A stretch of 35,343 nt of DNA from Actinomycetota bacterium (GTDB lineage Bacteria; Actinomycetota; Acidimicrobiia; Acidimicrobiales; JAHWLA01), in the NCBI GenBank assembly GCA_019347595.1, contig JAHWLA010000002.1:1-35343 (forward strand), read 5' to 3'. The position numbers and the translations under genes are program-made. Positions 31,239 to 35,343 of this stretch are shown here, piece after piece (within the stretch, counting starts at the first letter, position 1; each line of letters begins with the position of its first letter). A model generated the notes under the pieces. It worked only from the letters and a program-made list of their open reading frames with translations. It was not told where the DNA came from and did not search any database.

Positions 31239-32458
31239 CCCTCGGCGCCCGCCCCGGCCAGCAGCGAGCGGGCGATCTGCGACACCTGGATCTCGTCGGT
31301 GCCCGCGTAGATCTGGAGAACCTTGGCGTCGCGCGCCAACTGCTCGACGTGGAACTCGGCCATGTACCCGTTGCCGCCGAACAGTTGCACCGCCTCCAGC
31401 GCCACGTCCATGGCCGCTTGCGCGGAGTAGAGCTTGCAGGCCGACGCCTCGGCCAGGCTCATGCCCGTGCCGTCGGCCGCCATCTCCAACTGCCGGAACA
31501 CGAGGTTCTGGATGTTGAGCCGGGCCACCTCCATCTTCGCCAGCTTGAGCTGGATCAGTTGGAACTCGCCGATGGGCCGGCCGAACTGCACGCGGTTGCG
31601 GGCGTAGTCGAGCGACAGCTCCAGGCACCGCTCCACGATTCCCAGCGCCATGGCGGCCACGCCGGTGCGCTCCATGGAGAACGTATCCTTGGCGCCCGAG
31701 CGGGCGGGCACGTCCTCGGTCTCCCCAAGCAGGTGCTCGCGCCCGACCCGCACGTCGGACACGAAGAGCTCGCCGGTGGGCGACGAGTGCATGCCCATCT
31801 TCCGCAGCGGCTTGGACTGCTCCAGGCCGGGCATGCCCTTCTCCAGCACGAACGTCAGGACCTTGCGGTCCTTGGGGTCGTTGCCCTCGTCGAGCTTGCA
31901 GATGAAGACGATGGTGTCGGCGTACGGCCCGTTGGTGATGAACGTCTTCGAACCATTGAGCACGTATTCGTCGCCGTCGCGCCGGGCCGTCGACTTCATG
32001 GCGCCGAAGGCGTCGGAGCCGGAGTCGGGCTCGGTGATCGCCCACGACCCGATCTTGTCCATGGTGAGCAGGTCGAGCGCCCACCGCTCCTTCTGCCGGG
32101 TGGTGCCCTTCGACATGATGGCGGCGGCCGTCAGCCCGACGCTCACGCCCATGGCCGTGACCATGCCCGGGCAGTAGCGGCACAGCTCGATGATGGGAAT
32201 GATCGCCATGGCCGATCCCATGCCGCCCCCGCCTTCGACGCGCTCGACGGCCTCCCCCGCCTTCTCCGCCTCGATGCGCCGCTTGAACGAGTCGCGCGCC
32301 ATGGCGTCGATGCCGAAGGTGCGGATCATCTTGCGGAGCACGTCGTAGGGCGGCGTGTCGCCGTGCTCGAGCTCGTCGAGGTTCGGCTTGATCTCGTCCT
32401 CGACGAAGCGACGCACCGCCTCGCGCACCATCAACTGCTCGTCGCTCCACTGGTACAT
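31235..32458 (-). CDS. Acyl-CoA dehydrogenase family protein
   Basis: The sequence reads 'GSWAITEPDSGSDAF', 'LNGSKTFITNGP', 'RVQFGRPIGEFQLIQ' and 'QLFGGNGYMAEF...RDAKVLQIYAGTDEIQ'. Confidence 0.9.
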   Translation of the reverse strand: MYQWSDEQLMVREAVRRFVEDEIKPNLDELEHGDTPPYDVLRKMIRTFGIDAMARDSFKRRIEAEKAGEAVERVEGGGGMGSAMAIIPIIELCRYCPGMVTAMGVSVGLTAAAIMSKGTTRQKERWALDLLTMDKIGSWAITEPDSGSDAFGAMKSTARRDGDEYVLNGSKTFITNGPYADTIVFICKLDEGNDPKDRKVLTFVLEKGMPGLEQSKPLRKMGMHSSPTGELFVSDVRVGREHLLGETEDVPARSGAKDTFSMERTGVAAMALGIVERCLELSLDYARNRVQFGRPIGEFQLIQLKLAKMEVARLNIQNLVFRQLEMAADGTGMSLAEASACKLYSAQAAMDVALEAVQLFGGNGYMAEFHVEQLARDAKVLQIYAGTDEIQVSQIARSLLAGAGAEG

Positions 32459-32489
32459 CCGGGCACCCCCTGCCGGGCCGTCGGTCAGG

Positions 32490-33758
32490 TCATGCGTACC
32501 ATGCGGCGCGGGTCGGCGGCATGCCGCTGTCGCCGCCGGGCCCCGGCTTCACGGCGAGCACTTGGTGGATGCTCGTGCGTCCGGCGTCGAAGTTGACCGC
32601 CGAGCCCGCCATGTAGAGCCGCCACACGCGGGCGCGGGGCGCACCGACCAGGCGGACGGCGGTGTCCCAGTCGGCTTCGAGGTTGGCCACCCAATGGCGC
32701 AGCGTGCGGGCGTAGTGCTCGCGCAACGACTCGACGTCGCGGACCTCGAAGCCCTGGCCCTGCATGGCGCTGACAACCGTCCCCACCTCGTGCAGCTCGC
32801 CGTCGGGGAAGACGTAGCGCTCGATGAACGAGCGCTTGTCGAAGGCGGCGTTGCCCGGGGGCCGGGAGATGGCGTGGTTCAGCAGCCGGCCTGTCGGTCG
32901 AAGGAGGCCGAACAGGGTGGTGAAGTACTCCTTCAACCGCGCCAGCCCGACGTGCTCGAACATGCCGATGCTGGAGATGGCGTCGAACGGGCCGTCCGTG
33001 ATGTCGCGGTAGTCCTGCAACCGGATCTCCACGCGGTCGGCCACCCCGGCGTCGGCCATGAGTTTGGCCGCATACTCCTGCTGGTGGCGTGACACGGTGA
33101 CGCCGACCGCCTCGACGCCGTAGTGGCGGGCGGCGTGGAGCACCATCCCGCCCCAGCCGCAGCCGACGTCGAGCAGACGCATCCCCTCGCGGAGGCCGAG
33201 CTTTCGGCAGATGTGGTCGTACTTCGCCTCCTGCGCCTCGTCGAGCGTGACCGTGTCGTCGGCGAAGTAGGCGCACGAGTACGTCATGGTCTCGCCGAGG
33301 ATCAGGCGGTAGAACTCATTGGACACGTCGTAGTGATGCGCGATGGCGGCCGCATCGCGAGCCTTGGAATGGCGGCGGCCCGACAGGCGCGCTTCTTCCG
33401 GCGGCGGCGGCAGCGGCTTGCGCAGCAGCCCCAGCTCACGGGCGGCGCGCAGCACGGCGCGTCGATCGATCCCGATCTCGGCGTGCTCGTCGGGCGCGGC
33501 GATGCGGTCCCGCAGGCCGAGGACGGCGTAGACATCGCCCTGGAAGTCGAGCTCGCCTGCCACGTAGGCCCGCCCCAGCCCCAGCTCGTTGGGCTGGTAG
33601 AGCAGGCGCCGGAGGGCGTTCGGCGAGTTGACGACGACCGTGACGGGCCCATCGGACGGCCCCAGCGCGCTCCCGTCCCAGCAGCGGACGGCGACGGGCG
33701 GGTTGGGGCCGAGAGCCGATCTGACGAGCGGCTCGAGGACGGCGGCGACGTCGCTCAT
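32490..33758 (-). CDS. cfa: Cyclopropane-fatty-acyl-phospholipid synthase family SAM-dependent methyltransferase
   Basis: The sequence reads 'HYDVSNEFYRLILGETMTYSCAYF', 'AQEAKYDHICRKL', the SAM motif 'LLDVGCGWGG' and 'FDAISSIGMFEHVG'. GGGAGG precedes the ATG. Confidence 0.9.
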   Translation of the reverse strand: MSDVAAVLEPLVRSALGPNPPVAVRCWDGSALGPSDGPVTVVVNSPNALRRLLYQPNELGLGRAYVAGELDFQGDVYAVLGLRDRIAAPDEHAEIGIDRRAVLRAARELGLLRKPLPPPPEEARLSGRRHSKARDAAAIAHHYDVSNEFYRLILGETMTYSCAYFADDTVTLDEAQEAKYDHICRKLGLREGMRLLDVGCGWGGMVLHAARHYGVEAVGVTVSRHQQEYAAKLMADAGVADRVEIRLQDYRDITDGPFDAISSIGMFEHVGLARLKEYFTTLFGLLRPTGRLLNHAISRPPGNAAFDKRSFIERYVFPDGELHEVGTVVSAMQGQGFEVRDVESLREHYARTLRHWVANLEADWDTAVRLVGAPRARVWRLYMAGSAVNFDAGRTSIHQVLAVKPGPGGDSGMPPTRAAWYA

Positions 33759-33839
33759 GGTGACCTCCCGATCCCCCCGGGTAATGGTTGCGCCGTTACC
33801 TTTGCACGGGTCGTGCCCTGTTTTCTACGGGGATCTTCG

Positions 33840-34316
33840 TTATGCGATCAGCCGGTCGGCGACGAGGATGCTGAACCCCGATTGCATGACGACGAGGACG
33901 GCGAGCACGGCAAGGGTGATGCGGCGTCGCTCAGGGGTGGCGGCGCCTCGCTGCCACAGCCACCACCCGCCCACGATCGTCGCTGTCTCGACCACGAGAT
34001 CGGCGAACGGGCGGTCGTAGAGGAACAGCCCGGCTGACTCGTGCCCGGCCCACACGCGCACGCCCGCGGTGATGAAGTCGGCGACGTAGTGCGACGCCGC
34101 CAGCAGGGCGACGGTGACAGTGGCCCGCCGGGACCGCCACACGGCGGCGGCGACCGCGGCGGCGCCCAGCACGACTACCGGGGCGAGGGCGAGGTAGTGG
34201 AAGGCGCGCCACGGAAGGAGGTCGGGGGCGACGGCCGCCACGATGAACGGTGCCACCGGCACCCGCCGGTCCGCCGTGCGTGCGCCCAGCGCCAGCCCCA
34301 GGTGGCCGACGTACAC
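33840..34316 (-). CDS. Hypothetical integral membrane protein
   Basis: GTG start directly after the upstream stop (TAGGTG). There are four to five hydrophobic helices in 158 aa. An 'SHYVADF' motif is faintly reminiscent of membrane-bound metal-dependent hydrolases (DUF457/YdjM), but I cannot confirm this. Confidence 0.5.
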   Translation of the reverse strand: MYVGHLGLALGARTADRRVPVAPFIVAAVAPDLLPWRAFHYLALAPVVVLGAAAVAAAVWRSRRATVTVALLAASHYVADFITAGVRVWAGHESAGLFLYDRPFADLVVETATIVGGWWLWQRGAATPERRRITLAVLAVLVVMQSGFSILVADRLIA

Positions 34317-34760
34317 CTATCGGCGCCCGTGTCGGAGCCGGCGTTCGGCCAGCACGATGACGAGGACGGGAAGGAAGTACCCGGCCCAGTTTCGGAGAAG
34401 CGATGTCACGAGCGCCTGACCGAGTCGACCGCCCCCGACCAACTTGTGTACGGAAAGCGCTGCATTCCGCCCCCGACCCAACGCAGGTTCGGCGGGGCGG
34501 GTGAGGCCGGGGAGGGTGATCGGAGCGGCGGCGGGGTCGGCGTTCCCCTTCCGCAAGAGCACGGCGCGCGCAGTGGTGTCGTCGGCAAGGAACGCTTCCT
34601 GCGGTCGCATGCGATCGGGCTGCGCGTCGGCCGCCACCACGCTGGCCTCGTCCGGGTCGTAGGCGAGCACCAGCGCGGCCCGCCAGTCGGCCCGGCCCGG
34701 CCTGCCCCACGTCACCGTCCACACGAAGCGGCCTGCCTCGTCGGTGGGCGGGCCCGCCAT
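34317..34760 (-). CDS. Hypothetical protein with a C-terminal hydrophobic helix
   Basis: ATG 34760 (MAGPPTDEAGRFVWTV) overlaps the MarR stop by 1 nt (TGATG). The frame shows high G/C third-position bias. No family is recognised. Confidence 0.45.
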   Translation of the reverse strand: MAGPPTDEAGRFVWTVTWGRPGRADWRAALVLAYDPDEASVVAADAQPDRMRPQEAFLADDTTARAVLLRKGNADPAAAPITLPGLTRPAEPALGRGRNAALSVHKLVGGGRLGQALVTSLLRNWAGYFLPVLVIVLAERRLRHGRR

Positions 34761-35254
34761 CACACGTCCTCGCACACGACCCGGCCCGCGCCGCTGTCGT
34801 CGCGCAACGGCTCGCGCACGGCATCGGCGATGCGCTCGATGCGGGCCACGTCCGACTTCGAGAGCTGGTCGAAGAAGTACCGTCGGACGGCGGCCACATG
34901 GGCACGAGCGGCCTTGTCGAGGAGCGCCTTCCCCTTGTCGAGCAACACGGCCTCCGTCCCCCGTCCGTCGGTCACGCAGCTATGGCGACGGACCCAGCCC
35001 GCTGCTTCGAGCCGGGCGACAGCGTGCGACAGGCGGCTTCGGGAGAAGAGCGTCTGGTTGGCCAACTCCCCCATGCGCAGCGACAGGCCCGGCATCTCGG
35101 ACAGCCGCACCAGGATCTCGTACTCCGCCTGCGACAGCCCGGCATCCTGCTGGAGCTCGCGGTCGAGGCGGTGGAACAGGAGCTGGGTCGCCTCCAGAAA
35201 GGCGCGCCACGCCCGCTGTTCGTCGTCGGTCAGCCAGGCAACGTCTTCGGGCAC
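34760..35254 (-). CDS. MarR family transcriptional regulator
   Basis: The winged HTH reads 'LSQAEYEILVRLSEMPGLSLRMGELANQTLFSRSRLSHAVARLEAAGWVRR....DGRGTEAVLLDKG'. Confidence 0.9.
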   Translation of the reverse strand: MPEDVAWLTDDEQRAWRAFLEATQLLFHRLDRELQQDAGLSQAEYEILVRLSEMPGLSLRMGELANQTLFSRSRLSHAVARLEAAGWVRRHSCVTDGRGTEAVLLDKGKALLDKAARAHVAAVRRYFFDQLSKSDVARIERIADAVREPLRDDSGAGRVVCEDV

Positions 35255-35275
35255 ATCTCGAGGATACCTGGAATA

Positions 35276-35324
35276 GTTGAACCTTCAACGTGTTGGACAC
35301 CTCCGTAACAGTTGAACTTTCAAC
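35276..35324. promoter_or_regulatory. Pair of 14-bp inverted repeats, likely MarR operators in a divergent promoter region
   Basis: GTTGAACCTTCAAC (35276..35289) and GTTGAACTTTCAAC (35311..35324) lie 35 bp apart centre to centre. The first is 22 nt upstream of the marR ATG. GGAGGAG at about 35333..35339 suggests a divergent plus-strand gene starting just beyond the window. Confidence 0.55.
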
Positions 35325-35343
35325 AATCCTGCGGAGGAGATCG

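Noticed and set aside
30335-32596. A 753-aa plus-strand ORF, and the upstream part of the 521-aa minus-strand ORF 30885..32450.
   Set aside because: They lie antisense or out of frame to the acyl-CoA dehydrogenase. Only the last 117 codons of the 521-aa ORF (the ATL domain) look like a real protein.
1-35343. A search by eye for CRISPR arrays, transposases/IS ends, toxin-antitoxin pairs, phage or known defence genes, and rRNA.
   Set aside because: I noticed no regularly spaced direct repeats and no DDE/serine/tyrosine recombinase motifs. I also saw no small overlapping gene pairs of the TA type and no rRNA-like sequence. This is a visual scan, not an exhaustive computation.

Overview
This is a very GC-rich chromosomal segment (third codon positions almost all G/C) with roughly 40 tightly packed genes, many joined by 1-10 nt start/stop overlaps. 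The gene content looks actinobacterial by inference only: F420-type LLM and PPOX enzymes, WS/DGAT, DivIVA paralogues, a SigB/F-type sigma factor, and Fpg/Nei and LigD-like repair genes.

Blocks in order:
- A fused LivH/LivM-type ABC permease, a GntR regulator and a frameshifted thioredoxin on the minus strand.
- A divergent hutH-hutU-hutI-hutG histidine utilisation operon with textbook -35/-10 promoters.
- A CsoR-type copper repressor with a palindromic operator, overlapping a second GntR gene.
- MarC, DUF2188, a fused E1 alpha/beta 2-oxoacid dehydrogenase, a SigB/F-like sigma factor, a small GNAT and tRNA-Gly(GCC).
- An fpg/nei - WS/DGAT - alpha/beta hydrolase operon, then dut, orn and an F420 LLM oxidoreductase.
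- A lipoprotein and an MBL hydrolase.
- A histidine kinase - PPOX - LigD-like phosphoesterase/degenerate ligase - receiver-only response regulator block.
- An alpha/beta hydrolase, then an orphan ABC ATPase - DUF4202 - 2-TM coiled-coil protein - PhaC-like synthase interrupted by an in-frame TAG.
- A minus-strand CFA synthase - acyl-CoA dehydrogenase - ATL - two DivIVA-like genes operon.
- A MarR operon with paired operators.

I saw no transposase, integrase, phage gene, CRISPR array or rRNA.

The candidates most worth follow-up are:
- the kinase/regulator-bracketed PPOX + pseudo-ligase module;
- the catalytically degenerate, OB-less LigD-like protein;
- the ABC/DUF4202/coiled-coil/split-PhaC cluster;
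- a repeated about 50-nt palindromic element with a compensatory base-pair change at two convergent gene junctions;
- SigF-type GGGTAC promoters placed 9-10 nt before start codons, next to the sigma factor gene.

All product calls rest on motif recognition by eye. No database search was run.
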